Shown: positions 63,315 through 64,000 of the stretch, in pieces
How positions within the stretch are numbered: position 1 is the first letter of the stretch
How the letters are laid out: each line of letters opens with the position of its first letter
Source of the DNA: a virus
Direction: 5' to 3' (one strand)
Length of the DNA: 64,000 bases
Virus record (IMG/VR): IMGVR_UViG_3300050821_017570
Coordinates: 32,001-96,000 of that record
Program-made: the position numbers and the translations under genes
The notes under the pieces: model-generated
Databases searched by the model: none
Told to the model about the DNA's origin: nothing
The model's input: the letters and a program-made list of their open reading frames with translations, nothing else

Positions 63315-63978
63315 GAGGAGTCACATTCTTAGTACGAACCATCCCAATCATAGGGATGGCCGAGCCTAGGGCGGGGCTGGCGACGATCATACCGCGTTGC
63401 TGAGTGATGTTTTGGGGCAGTGCGATATAAGCTCTCACCTTACGATCGCCACTGGCGAACGGATCAACGATTGTGGTGGACTTGAATCGAATCCGCCAGC
63501 AATGCTTGGTGTCGTGACGATTGAACTGGTAACTCTCCAGATAATCGATCAACGACTGCACGTGGGTAGGCTCAACCCCTTGAATGATACCAGACCATTC
63601 GTTCTCTGCCCAGGCGGTAGAGCCATTTACCGCCAGAAGTGGACGCCCAACCTGATAGGTCGAGAGCACAAAACTATGCCCAAGGCTATACCGGTAGGCC
63701 TCCATAAGGGATCGATCGATCCGAATCATGCAGTAGGCGAGCCCAAGGATGAACCAACCCATCTCAGGATTCAGGCTGTTGGGTAGAGCGTCAAACTCTT
63801 CGAACCGTTTCTCCACCTCGATCTTTTGATACCTAAAGGGCTGATCTTCGGGCACCGCCAGGGTTCGGTGAAGCTGTTCGACGTCCTTGGGGTCTACGAT
63901 CGAATCAGGTGGGTTGGTGAAGTCGGGAATACTAGGCTGGCTTGGCATTCGGTCCTCGTTACGGCGCAGTCGAAGCAA
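63304..63978 (-). CDS. Hypothetical protein (start probably MPSQPS)
   Basis: ORF. Confidence 0.5.
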   Translation of the reverse strand: MLRLRRNEDRMPSQPSIPDFTNPPDSIVDPKDVEQLHRTLAVPEDQPFRYQKIEVEKRFEEFDALPNSLNPEMGWFILGLAYCMIRIDRSLMEAYRYSLGHSFVLSTYQVGRPLLAVNGSTAWAENEWSGIIQGVEPTHVQSLIDYLESYQFNRHDTKHCWRIRFKSTTIVDPFASGDRKVRAYIALPQNITQQRGMIVASPALGSAIPMIGMVRTKNVTPHAQ

Positions 63979-64000
63979 TGGTTGGTAAGTCCGTTGGGGC

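Noticed and set aside
1892-63786. Numerous + strand ORFs in the track
   Set aside because: They are antisense shadows of well-supported minus-strand genes in GC-rich DNA, without RBS or motifs; only 46168..46776 was accepted

Overview
Fragment of a large tailed dsDNA bacteriophage genome. It is densely coded, and nearly every credible gene is on the minus strand; the exception is one HNH nuclease on +. 1-14.3 kb holds virion fibre/decoration genes, four of which share an N-terminal module. 14.3-25 kb holds small hypothetical genes plus a deaminase and NADAR. 25.5-38.9 kb is the most striking feature: a tandem array of about 32 small (about 75-120 aa) paralogous genes. They have a conserved N-terminal motif L(R/K)xGQ(I/V)W, a conserved C-terminal motif DLxxLL(W/Y)(E/D)P and highly divergent middles. 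They are chained by dual-coding overlap junctions and interleaved with enzymes (metallophosphoesterase, Zn-peptidase, MazG, oligoribonuclease). Two further copies lie outside the array. 39-64 kb encodes RNA repair (RNA ligase plus nucleotidyltransferase), an HD hydrolase, RuvA, RuvB, a RusA-like resolvase, a class II ribonucleotide reductase, a PolB-type exonuclease, HNH nucleases and a probable lysis cluster. I saw no tRNA, rRNA, CRISPR array, integrase or reverse transcriptase. All calls come from motif recognition by eye; no database searches were run.
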